Assembly: GCF_945881795.1 (NCBI RefSeq)
Contig: NZ_CAMCVG010000001.1
Coordinates: 7,488 to 71,487, forward strand
Origin: Rhodoferax sp. OV413
GTDB lineage: Bacteria > Pseudomonadota > Gammaproteobacteria > Burkholderiales > Burkholderiaceae_C
DNA: 64,000 nucleotides
Direction: 5' to 3'
Shown here: positions 8,795 to 17,137 of the stretch, piece after piece
Layout: each line of letters starts with the position of its first letter
How positions within the stretch are numbered: position 1 is the first letter of the stretch
The notes under the pieces: model-generated
Databases searched by the model: none
Told to the model about the DNA's origin: nothing
Seen by the model: the letters and a program-made list of their open reading frames with translations, nothing else
Program-made: the position numbers and the translations under genes

Positions 8795-10975
8795 TCAGCC
8801 CCAGACATCGGAAGGCAACTGGTCTTTCTTGCGGTAAATGGTGTTGCGCGAGACGCCCAGCATTTTTGCAGCGACCGAGACATTGCCACCGGTGCTGCGC
8901 AAAGCCTGCGCCATGGCGTCCAGGGCTACGTTCTCCAGCCTGGCCGGCTCTGTGCGCAGCGGCATAGCTTGTGGGGGCACAGGGGGCGCTGATACATCGA
9001 TGCTGATGTCTGTGCGCGCCTGGAGGGCGGTGGCAGGGTAGGGCATGTGCCGCACGATAGAGGGCGGCAACATGCGGTCAGCCAGGTTGGCTTCCTCCAG
9101 AAAGTCCTGCGGCAGGTGGTGCAGTTGAACCTCAGAGCTGTCGCCTGCCATCACCACGGTGGTCCGGAGCAGATTAAAAAGCTGGCGGAAATTGCCCGGC
9201 CAGGGGAACTGGTGGAAGATGTCCATCACCTCGGCCGAAATGCCCATGGGGGTGGCTGTCCTGCAGACGCTGGCCAGAATTTTGCGGGTTACCACCTCCA
9301 GGTCCTGACGCTCGCGTAGCGCGGGAAGGCGCACCACCAAACCGTTCAGCCGGTAGTACAGGTCTTCCCGAAACTCGCCGCGGGCGATCATGTCTTTGAG
9401 GTTCTTGTTGGTGGCACAAATTACGGCAACGTCCACCTCCACCTCTTTCCCGGCGCCCAGCGGGCTGACTTTTCGCTCTTGCAGCACACGCAGCAAACGG
9501 GCCTGCAGGTGCTTGGGCATATCGCCAATTTCGTCGAGGAACAAGGTTCCACCGTTGGCGTACAAGACCTTGCCCACCGACCCCTTGCGCTTGGCACCGG
9601 TGAAGGCGCCCTCTTCGTAGCCGAACAACTCGGACTCAATCAGCGTCTCGGGAATGGACGCACAGTTCACCGATACGAAGTTGTGCCGGGCCCGTGGCGA
9701 ATCGTTGTGAATGGCCTGCGCCAAAAGGTCTTTGCCGGTGCCGGTTTCGCCCAGGATCATGATCGGAATATCGCAGCCGCGCACCTTGCTGAGGTTTTGA
9801 ATTACGCGGGCGAGCTGCGGGTCCCCGGTGTCAAGGTAGCGCAGGCTGGAGAGAGACTCCATGCGCGCTTGCTGTTTTTCAACCACCGGTGCGGCGGCGG
9901 GCGGCGCTTCAAAGCCCTGCGCCTCAAAGGTGTTGCGCGGCTTTTGTTCGCTGAGACAACACACGCTTACCCCGTTGTGCATGCACAGAGTGACGGGTTG
10001 GCTGCCTGCCGTCCGGATGCGGTCGATGAATTGCGAAATCGAGGTACCGAACAAGGATGAAAAAGTATGTGCGCCCAAGGCGTTGCACGAAAGACCCAGC
10101 TGAAACTGCGCGCTGCGGTTGGCGGTAACAAACCGGCCCTCCTGGGTGAGAACAACAATGCCCTCCATCAGCGTGCCCAGAAATTCCGCCCGTGAGTGAA
10201 AGCGCACGATCACATCTTTCGGGAAGACCGCCGCGAACATGTGGTTTTCAATCATTTGGGCGGACATGCGGACCAGCGCCATGGTGTGCTGGTGGTAGCT
10301 GCGGTGGTCGCCGGTTACGTCCAGCGCACCAATGACTTTGCCGTAGGGGTCAAAAATGGGGGTGCACGAGCAGGTAAGAAAGCGATTGACCTGCAGGTAG
10401 TGCTGCGCGCCGTGCACCACCACCGGATGTTCTTCGGCCAATGCGGTGCCAATCGCATTGGTGCCCTTGCTCTTTTCGGACCAGTCCACCCCCGGGGCCA
10501 GTGCCACACGAGAGGCTTTTTCCAGAAAGTCGGCATCACCCAGCGAGTGCAACACCATGCCGCTGCGCGCGGTGAGCAGCACCATGCTTTGCGTGGTTGC
10601 GATCTGGTGGTAGAGCGTCTCCATGATGGGCGCGGCATGCCGGTACAAAAACCGGTTGGCCTCCAAGGCTTCGTTCATCTCACCGCGGGCGGCAGAGGTG
10701 TAGTCGGGCAGGTCTATCTCGCGCAGGCCGAAGCCGTTCGACCGCCCGTGGGAGGTGTGTATGAGCGTGGTGTGCTCAGGACTGTCCAAGGGCGGGCAGA
10801 TTAACGGGGCAAAGCCCTTCCCGCCGGCGTCGGCAATGCTAACTGCGGTCATTGTGTCTCCAGCAATCGCTTCCGGCCAGCCCATGGCGCTTGACTCAAA
10901 AGGACTTGTCGGGTCCGCTTCGAGTTCGCCAAGAAAATGATCCGTGCGATATGTTGTTGTGTAGCTCTTTGACAT
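8795..10975 (-). CDS. Sigma-54-dependent transcriptional activator, AcoR-like (GAF-AAA+-Fis HTH)
   Basis: 726 aa. N-terminal GAF-like sensory region, Walker A GETGTGKDLLAQAIH, and the sigma-54 contact loop EEGAFTGA. C-terminal HTH is AAKMLGVSRNTIYRKK. Confidence 0.85.
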   Translation of the reverse strand: MSKSYTTTYRTDHFLGELEADPTSPFESSAMGWPEAIAGDTMTAVSIADAGGKGFAPLICPPLDSPEHTTLIHTSHGRSNGFGLREIDLPDYTSAARGEMNEALEANRFLYRHAAPIMETLYHQIATTQSMVLLTARSGMVLHSLGDADFLEKASRVALAPGVDWSEKSKGTNAIGTALAEEHPVVVHGAQHYLQVNRFLTCSCTPIFDPYGKVIGALDVTGDHRSYHQHTMALVRMSAQMIENHMFAAVFPKDVIVRFHSRAEFLGTLMEGIVVLTQEGRFVTANRSAQFQLGLSCNALGAHTFSSLFGTSISQFIDRIRTAGSQPVTLCMHNGVSVCCLSEQKPRNTFEAQGFEAPPAAAPVVEKQQARMESLSSLRYLDTGDPQLARVIQNLSKVRGCDIPIMILGETGTGKDLLAQAIHNDSPRARHNFVSVNCASIPETLIESELFGYEEGAFTGAKRKGSVGKVLYANGGTLFLDEIGDMPKHLQARLLRVLQERKVSPLGAGKEVEVDVAVICATNKNLKDMIARGEFREDLYYRLNGLVVRLPALRERQDLEVVTRKILASVCRTATPMGISAEVMDIFHQFPWPGNFRQLFNLLRTTVVMAGDSSEVQLHHLPQDFLEEANLADRMLPPSIVRHMPYPATALQARTDISIDVSAPPVPPQAMPLRTEPARLENVALDAMAQALRSTGGNVSVAAKMLGVSRNTIYRKKDQLPSDVWG

Positions 10976-11087
10976 TCATTCTGCTCTGTTTTGAAACAAT
11001 GTTCAACACGGCGCAATATGCAGGCCAAGCAGTGTCAGGGCGGTGTGTCAAGTTGGCACACCCGAGTGGAGCAGAGCCAAAATTGAT

Positions 11088-11103
11088 TGGCGCGATATTT
11101 GCA
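11088..11103 (+). promoter_or_regulatory. sigma-54 (-24/-12) promoter P3
   Basis: TGGCGC-GATAT-TTGCA with correct spacing, about 50 nt upstream of the ATG at 11155. Confidence 0.65.
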
Positions 11104-11154
11104 GGCCTCTGCTGGTTGCAACACTAACTATTTACCTGGAAGGCAGACCTTTTC

Positions 11155-11643
11155 ATGACAACCAATATCCTCAAACAGGGCGCACTGGCTGCGCTGGCAC
11201 TGGCCGCCTGCATGGCCTGGACCTCCCAGAGCGCCTGGGCCCACGGCGATGTAGTCCCCCAGTCGGTAGACACAACGACATTGCCGCAACTCGGCCCCAA
11301 GTGGCTGGACAACAACCCCTATTCCGCAGGCCCCGCCAACAAGGAAGCACTGCGCATCGGCTCCTCTGCCTACAACCAGAATTGCGCACGTTGCCACGGC
11401 CTGGAGGCAATCTCCGGCGGCATATCGCCCGACTTGCGCAAGCTCGATGCCGACTGCATGGGCCTGGCCGATATGGCCAAAAAGCAGGCTTGTTTCGCGG
11501 AAATCAACGAATACTATGTGTCCACAACGCGCCGTGGGCGCACCCGCGACGGCCGCGTTTACATGCCTCCGTTTGAAGGTATCCTGACGCAGGAAGCCAT
11601 CTGGGCGATCAAGACTTACCTCGAAACCCGCCGCGAGCCTTGA
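11155..11643 (+). CDS. Cytochrome c550-type (PedF/ExaB-like) candidate electron acceptor of the quinoprotein
   Basis: 162 aa with a signal peptide, a single CXXCH (CARCHG) and YMPPFEG (Met ligand region). It is adjacent to a MoxJ-like gene, as in ped/exa/xox clusters. Confidence 0.7.
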   Translation: MTTNILKQGALAALALAACMAWTSQSAWAHGDVVPQSVDTTTLPQLGPKWLDNNPYSAGPANKEALRIGSSAYNQNCARCHGLEAISGGISPDLRKLDADCMGLADMAKKQACFAEINEYYVSTTRRGRTRDGRVYMPPFEGILTQEAIWAIKTYLETRREP

Positions 11644-11685
11644 TCCCAAGAGTGACCGGCAAGTAAAAAAATACATGGAGACACG

Positions 11686-12573
11686 ATGAGTCAATCACGC
11701 AATGTGAACCCCGGCGCATTCCCTCGCCGAATTCTGCTGGCAGCCGCTGCGCCCTTGGCTTTAGGGCTGGGCGGTGTGGCGCAGGCCCAGGAGAGAACCG
11801 CGGTCGAGAAAATCCGCGCCAATGGCGCCCTCAAGGTTGCGCTCTATAAAGACAACGTCCCTTTCTCGGACGGCACTGCCTCCGCGATGACGGGTCTGGA
11901 TGTGAGCCTGGCTGAGGCTTTGGCCCGGGAGCTGCAGCTCAAGACGTCGTTCCTCCCGTTCGATGCGGGCGAAAACATGGCGGATGACCTGCGCAACATG
12001 GTCTGGCGCGGGCACTACCTTGGCTACGGACCTGCCGACGTGATGTTGCACGTGCCGGTGGACAAATACTTCATGAGCCAGAACAGCCAGGCTTTCATCT
12101 TTGCCCCCTATACCCGCGAGTATCTGGTGTTGTTTTACAAGCGCGCAAACCTCGGCCTGGTGTCGCGTGTGGACGATCTGGTGGGCCGCAACATTGCGGT
12201 GGAGCGCGGTACCGGCGCTGCGAGCGCCATGTTGGGTTACCGTGGGGGCTTGGTGCGGGACCGGGTGATGCTGTTCAAGAGCGGCATGGATGCGGCCTCC
12301 AAGGTGCTCAGCGGTGAAGTCGATGCAGCGTTTGTCACTTTGGCGCAGGCTGAGGCCGCAGTGTTTGCCCGCAAGCTCGACCGCAAGGACTGGGAGTTCA
12401 CCCAGCTCTCCATGCCAGCGGTCCCGCCCAACGGCTGGGCGCTGGGCATGGCCGTCAAGGCAGACAGCAAAGAGTTGGCCACCTTGCTCGACGCAGCGCT
12501 CGATCGTCTGCGCTCGTCGGGCGAACTGCTGCGAATCTTTCAGTCGCACGGCCTGACTCTGGCCGCGCCCTGA
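11686..12573 (+). CDS. MoxJ/XoxJ-like quinoprotein-associated periplasmic binding protein
   Basis: 295 aa with a signal peptide and a family-3 solute-binding-like sequence (LKVALYKDNVPFS...). Its context immediately after the cytochrome c supports the call. Confidence 0.65.
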   Translation: MSQSRNVNPGAFPRRILLAAAAPLALGLGGVAQAQERTAVEKIRANGALKVALYKDNVPFSDGTASAMTGLDVSLAEALARELQLKTSFLPFDAGENMADDLRNMVWRGHYLGYGPADVMLHVPVDKYFMSQNSQAFIFAPYTREYLVLFYKRANLGLVSRVDDLVGRNIAVERGTGAASAMLGYRGGLVRDRVMLFKSGMDAASKVLSGEVDAAFVTLAQAEAAVFARKLDRKDWEFTQLSMPAVPPNGWALGMAVKADSKELATLLDAALDRLRSSGELLRIFQSHGLTLAAP

Positions 12574-12577
12574 CGAT

Positions 12578-13555
12578 TTAGTTGGCCAGTATCGAGTGGG
12601 GTTCGCGCCCCACCGGTACGGTCTTGAGAGGTTTGCGGCTGGCGGTGTCGATGATGGTCATGTCGTCAGACATGCCATTGGCTGCATAGAGCTTGCTACC
12701 GTCCTTCGACAGTGCTACGCCCCACGCACGCTTGCCCACCAGTGCGACGCCCTTTACCGCGCGGCTGGCTGTATCGACCTCTGCAACATGGTTGGCGCGG
12801 CCCAGTGCGACCCACACGGTCTTGCCATCGGCACTCATGGTCATGCCCACAGGGGTGATGTCGGAGGCGCGCATGCCCTTCACCTCAAACTTCAGGGTGT
12901 GGCGCACTTTCATGGTTTGGGTGTCAATGATGCTGACGCTGGCACCCAGCTCGTTGGTTACCCAGAGCTCCGACGCATCGGGCGCAATCACAAAGCGGCG
13001 TGGGCGCAGCCCCACTTTGACCTGGCCCGTGGTTTTGCGCTTGTCCACATCAATGCGGTAGACGCTGCTGGCAACCTCGGAGGTTGCGAACAAGGTTTTG
13101 CCATCGGCAGTGACCAGCACGCCCTCGGGCTCGGCACCGGTCTTGACCGAGAACAATGGCTTCTTGGTCGCCAGGTCGTAGGCGGTCACGTTGTTCTCAT
13201 CTTCGATCGACACATAGGCGACCTTGCCGTCCGGTGAGAGCGAAATGATTTCCGGGCTCTCGCCGGTGGGCACGGTGCCCACCATCTTGCCGGCCTTCAC
13301 GTCAATGACGCCGAGCTGGTCGCTGTCGCCGCAAACAACCAAGATTTGCTGTCCGCTCTGGGCCCATTCCATATGGCGAGGGCGTTTGCAGACTTCGATG
13401 GAGCGCAGGACTTTTCCTTCGTCATCGAGCTGGACCACCGTATTGTCTTTCTCGCTGCTCACAAAGATGTCGGCCATGCTGGCAGTGCATGCCAACAAGG
13501 CAGCGCAGGCCAGCGAAACTGTGCGCAAAACGGGGGCGGTTTTAGGGGTTTTCAT
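12578..13555 (-). CDS. YVTN-family beta-propeller protein (PQQ-catabolism associated; PedA2/LutB-like)
   Basis: The start is placed at MKTPKTAPVL (ATG complement 13553-13555), preceded by AGGAGA. Repeated 40-residue blades are present (DGKxxYVAxxxxxxVxVIDxxxxKV). Confidence 0.75.
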   Translation of the reverse strand: MKTPKTAPVLRTVSLACAALLACTASMADIFVSSEKDNTVVQLDDEGKVLRSIEVCKRPRHMEWAQSGQQILVVCGDSDQLGVIDVKAGKMVGTVPTGESPEIISLSPDGKVAYVSIEDENNVTAYDLATKKPLFSVKTGAEPEGVLVTADGKTLFATSEVASSVYRIDVDKRKTTGQVKVGLRPRRFVIAPDASELWVTNELGASVSIIDTQTMKVRHTLKFEVKGMRASDITPVGMTMSADGKTVWVALGRANHVAEVDTASRAVKGVALVGKRAWGVALSKDGSKLYAANGMSDDMTIIDTASRKPLKTVPVGREPHSILAN

Positions 13556-13589
13556 GGGGTGTCTCCTGTAGGTTTGGAAGCGAACACTG

Positions 13590-13605
13590 AGCAATACTCA
13601 TGCCA
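13590..13605 (-). promoter_or_regulatory. sigma-54 (-24/-12) promoter P4 (minus strand)
   Basis: The reverse complement reads TGGCAT-GAGTA-TTGCT. It lies about 35 nt upstream of the beta-propeller start codon. Confidence 0.65.
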
Positions 13606-13694
13606 GCTGGGGGCCAGGTCGCATCGCTGAAGATGCGGCACACATTGTGCTCAATGTGCTCACACCCCGCTGACTCACGTAGACTCAAACTGCC

Positions 13695-14474
13695 ATGACA
13701 AACCCTGACCGCTCTCCCCAAAATTGCCAGCCTGTGCTGGTAACCCACGCGCTGCAAAAGTCTTACGGCGCCAAGAAGGTGTTGAAGTCGGTCTCACTCT
13801 CGGTGCGCTTGGGTGAGTTCGTCGCCTTGCTCGGTCCTAACGGTGCGGGCAAGTCCACCCTGATTCAGATTTTGAGTGGCCTTTTTGTGGCCGAGCAGGG
13901 CGACCTCAGCCTGCTGGGCTTTGATATCCGCAAGGACGCGTCCAAGGCCCTGGCAGGGTTGGGCGTGGTGTTTCAGCAGGCTTCCCTGGACCTGGATTTG
14001 AGTGTGCGGGCCAACCTGCTGTTTCACACCGACCTGCACGGCCTGCCACGGTCTGTAGCGCAAGAGCGTATTTCTGCGGGTCTGGAGCAGCATGGGCTGC
14101 AGGCCCAGGCCGAAGTGGCAGTGCGCGCGCTCTCAGGCGGCAACCGGCGCAAGGTGGAATTGATCCGCGCGCTGCTGCACAAGCCGAAGTTCTTGCTGAT
14201 GGACGAGGCGACCGTGGGCCTCGATCCCGCCTCGCGCCACGACCTGATGCGCTCCGTCGAGGCGCTGGCCCGCAGCGGCGAGGTGGCGGTGCTCTGGACC
14301 ACGCATTTGGTCGATGAAGTGGTGAACGCCGACCGCGTAGTGGTGCTGCACCAGGGGCAGATTGCTTTTGACGGCCTGCCCGCGCAGCTGATTGCCCAGT
14401 CAGGCGAGGCCACACTGGAGCAGGCATTTTTCAAGATCTGTGAGGCAGCGTCGTCGGCTACAGCGCGCCCTTGA
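13695..14474 (+). CDS. ABC transporter ATP-binding protein (PedB/LutE-like partner of the ABC-2 permease)
   Basis: 259 aa with Walker A GPNGAGKST, signature LSGGNRRKV and Walker B LLLMDEAT. Confidence 0.85.
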   Translation: MTNPDRSPQNCQPVLVTHALQKSYGAKKVLKSVSLSVRLGEFVALLGPNGAGKSTLIQILSGLFVAEQGDLSLLGFDIRKDASKALAGLGVVFQQASLDLDLSVRANLLFHTDLHGLPRSVAQERISAGLEQHGLQAQAEVAVRALSGGNRRKVELIRALLHKPKFLLMDEATVGLDPASRHDLMRSVEALARSGEVAVLWTTHLVDEVVNADRVVVLHQGQIAFDGLPAQLIAQSGEATLEQAFFKICEAASSATARP

Positions 14475-15183
14475 GTAAATCCGGATGCTTTGTCAGTAGC
14501 TCGTGCCGCAGGGCCTGAACGGCCGGGTCGTGTTGGCTGCGCGGCCGCGGCAGAGTGACCGGCAGCTCCAGGAGCACGCGAGAAGGACCCGCGGTCAAAA
14601 ACAGCACCCGGTCTGCCAAGGCCAGCGCCTCAGAGAGGTTGTGGGTGACGAACAGGACGGTGGGTTGGGTGGCCCGACAGAGCGACTGCAGGTGGCCGCG
14701 CAGCTGCTCCGCATTGGGCGCATCCAGCGACTGAAAAGGTTCATCCATCAACAGCAGCTGCGGCGCAACGCTGAAGGCGCGCAACAGGGCTACGCGACGC
14801 TGCATGCCGCCCGAGAGTTGGCCGGGAAATAGCATGGCGCAGTCATTCAAGCCCACGCTATGCAGGGCCTCAGCCAGCCGCTCCCCGGCCATAGACGCGT
14901 CAACCAGCTGCAGGTTTTGCGCGACGGTGAGCCAGGGCATGAGGCGTGGTTCTTGGAACATGAAACCCAGACGCGCTTGCGCATGCTGCTGCACCGTGCC
15001 TTGAAAATCGGTGTCCAGCCCGCTGATGATTTTGAGCAGGGTGCTCTTGCCTGCACCACTGGGCCCGACGATGGCGAGAAACTCGCCCGCGCGGGCGGTA
15101 AAGGCCAGATCGCGCAGGGCGCAATGCCCGTTGGTAAACGCTTTGGCCTGAATGTTTACCGACAACATGTTCAACCCCGCCAC
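14458..15183 (-). CDS. ABC transporter ATP-binding protein (NitT/TauT family)
   Basis: 241 aa with Walker A GPSGAGKST, signature LSGGMQRRV and Walker B LLLMDEPF. Confidence 0.85.
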   Translation of the reverse strand: MAGLNMLSVNIQAKAFTNGHCALRDLAFTARAGEFLAIVGPSGAGKSTLLKIISGLDTDFQGTVQQHAQARLGFMFQEPRLMPWLTVAQNLQLVDASMAGERLAEALHSVGLNDCAMLFPGQLSGGMQRRVALLRAFSVAPQLLLMDEPFQSLDAPNAEQLRGHLQSLCRATQPTVLFVTHNLSEALALADRVLFLTAGPSRVLLELPVTLPRPRSQHDPAVQALRHELLTKHPDLLKGAL

Positions 15184-15944
15184 CGGTTAAGCCGGTTTTC
15201 CAGGGGGCGCAGCAGCATCGCCTCCAGCAAAAAAATCACGCCCGCAAAGGCCAAGGTGTAGGCCAGGATGCTCGTGATGTCGAAGAAGTGGAAAAAGCTG
15301 CCGATCTGAAAGCCCACGCCATCGCTGCGGCCCAGCAGCTCCACCACCAGCACAATCTTCCAAATCAGTGCCAGGCCATTGCGCGCGGAACTAAACAGGT
15401 AGGGGTAGAGTTGCGGCAGATAGACCTTAGTAAAGCGTTGGAAGCGGGTCAGCCGGTACACATCGGCGACCTCCAGCAGACTGGTGTCGACCGCGCGGGC
15501 ACCTTCGCGCAGGCTCACCGCCACCATCGGAATTTTGTTGACGACCACCGCCGCAATTGCGGCTGCCTCCGTCAGGCCGAACCAGATGTAGCAGAGGATG
15601 GTGGTGACCAGCGCTGGGATGTTGAGCCCGAGCACCAGGAAGCTGTCGAGCAGCCGGTCCCAGCGGCGGGAGCGGCCCATGAGGATGCCGAGTGCCACCC
15701 CCAGCACCATGGCCAGCACAAAGCTGAGCCCGACCCGGGTAAGGGTGCTGCCCAAATGAAACAGCAGGCTGCCGGAGGTGATTTCGGCCCACAGCGCCCC
15801 CCAGACAGCCACCGGCGTGGGTAAAACACGGCTTTGCGCTTGCATGGCCACCAACTGCCACAGCGCGACCAGCACAAGCAGCGGCCAGACGCGCGACCAA
15901 CCCGCGTCTTGCGTGGGTGCGGGGGGCTTTAGTTCTTCGGGCAT
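15171..15944 (-). CDS. ABC transporter permease (NitT/TauT family)
   Basis: 257-aa polytopic ORF with a binding-protein-dependent transport EAA-like loop. It overlaps both flanking genes of the operon. Confidence 0.8.
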   Translation of the reverse strand: MPEELKPPAPTQDAGWSRVWPLLVLVALWQLVAMQAQSRVLPTPVAVWGALWAEITSGSLLFHLGSTLTRVGLSFVLAMVLGVALGILMGRSRRWDRLLDSFLVLGLNIPALVTTILCYIWFGLTEAAAIAAVVVNKIPMVAVSLREGARAVDTSLLEVADVYRLTRFQRFTKVYLPQLYPYLFSSARNGLALIWKIVLVVELLGRSDGVGFQIGSFFHFFDITSILAYTLAFAGVIFLLEAMLLRPLENRLNRWRG

Positions 15945-16939
15945 ACCGGAAGTTTGAACCCGCTCCAGAAAGTGCCATCGCTCAGCGTGCGCGATTTACC
16001 GACCAGCTTTTCGCCTCCGCTCTCGGCGAGTACCTTGAAAACCTGGCCGACGTTGCTCAGGTAGTCAGCCTCTAAGCACTGGGGAATGCCGCTGCGGTAA
16101 CCGTTGCGCAGCGCTCCAAAGGTGGCGTTGTCCTCGGCGCGCATGAGGGGTTTGAGTCGCTCCCACTCGGAGTCATTCGTGGCCATCAGGCTCTTGGCCT
16201 CCATGGAGGCCTGGAAAAACTTCTCCATGACGTCGGGGTTCTTGGCAGCAAAGTCTTCACGGAAGACCCAGCCCACCAACGGGATGGGCTTATCGATGCC
16301 CAGGCCGGCCAAAATCTCAGGAAGACGGATCAGGGGGCCCATGCCTTTGGCTTCGAGGCGCGAATCGAAGTGCCACACGTTAAGCACGGCATCCACCTGC
16401 CCTGACAAGGCCAGCTCATTTAAAAGGGGTGGTGCCGCAAACACGGGCCGGGCGGAGGTGGAGAGATCGATGCCGTGTTTTTTGATCGCATAGGCGCGCA
16501 ATAACAGCCAACCCTTGTCCGAGGCGCCGCCGCTGATGCCGATTCTCTTGCCCTTGAGGTCCGGCACTCCGCGAATCGCGCTGTCGCCTTTGACCGTGAG
16601 GTTGCCCACTGCGTTGGAGTAAGGCACCAGGGTGAAGTTATTGCCCTCGGCGCGCTGGCGGGTTACCCAAATCCAATCGGAAACGACCATGTCGACCGCG
16701 CCCCCCTGCAGGGCGACGGTAGAGGCATCGCCCGATGCCAACGGCACGACCTTGAACTTGAGTCCACGTTTTTGCGCCAGATTCCGGGCCTTAATGACAT
16801 CCAGCTCCCAGTTGACTGTTCCAAATTGAAGCACTCCAACCCGCAATGTGACATCGCTGTTGGCGGCCGCGTGGCATGAAAAAGCCCACCATATCAAGAG
16901 CAAGCCGGTAAAACGGCCCAGTAGAAGGCGCGGGTTCAT
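15929..16939 (-). CDS. ABC transporter substrate-binding protein (NMT1/THI5- or TauA-like)
   Basis: 336 aa with a signal peptide (LLLIWWAFSCHAAA). It is the first gene of the SBP-permease-ATPase operon. Confidence 0.7.
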   Translation of the reverse strand: MNPRLLLGRFTGLLLIWWAFSCHAAANSDVTLRVGVLQFGTVNWELDVIKARNLAQKRGLKFKVVPLASGDASTVALQGGAVDMVVSDWIWVTRQRAEGNNFTLVPYSNAVGNLTVKGDSAIRGVPDLKGKRIGISGGASDKGWLLLRAYAIKKHGIDLSTSARPVFAAPPLLNELALSGQVDAVLNVWHFDSRLEAKGMGPLIRLPEILAGLGIDKPIPLVGWVFREDFAAKNPDVMEKFFQASMEAKSLMATNDSEWERLKPLMRAEDNATFGALRNGYRSGIPQCLEADYLSNVGQVFKVLAESGGEKLVGKSRTLSDGTFWSGFKLPVCPKN

Positions 16940-16997
16940 GTGCTGTTGGTTGCTCCTGCGAGGGAACTTTGTCTCACCGTTGTAATGCTAAACACGG

Positions 16998-17013
16998 CGC
17001 AAGTGCCATGCCA
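16998..17013 (-). promoter_or_regulatory. sigma-54-like promoter candidate P5 (minus strand)
   Basis: The reverse complement reads TGGCAT-GGCAC-TTGCG, about 60 nt upstream of the start at 16939. The match arises from a direct repeat CAAGTGC-N5-CAAGTGC, so it is less certain. Confidence 0.35.
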
Positions 17014-17137
17014 AGTGCGCCACACATTTCCCCCGGCTTCGTAGGTGCCCTGATAACTACCTAGATATTACCGGGGCTGAAGCTGCTAGATTCGCGCGCT
17101 CCTACCCCGAAAATTATCCAGAGCGAGACACACCATC

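Noticed and set aside
11054-11069. TGGCACACCCGAGTGG as a sigma-54 promoter
   Set aside because: It has a good -24 element but no GC at the -12 position. It is part of the inverted repeat GGTGTG-N9-CACACC. The real promoter candidate is 35 bp downstream (11088-11103).
13636-13650. CGGCAC-ACATT-GTGC as a + strand sigma-54 promoter for the ABC ATPase gene
   Set aside because: The GG/GC spacing is right, but both flanking T residues of the consensus are lost. The match also coincides with the CACATTGTG palindrome and TGTGCTCA repeats, which more likely form an activator site for the opposite promoter.
16940-17137. Possible riboswitch (TPP or cobalamin) in the divergent region between the NMT1-like SBP gene and the TonB-dependent receptor
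   Set aside because: I could not find the conserved cores (CTGAGA / ACCTGATCTGGATAATGCCAGCG for TPP, or the B12 box) on either strand. Only short hairpins and a CAAGTGC direct repeat are present.
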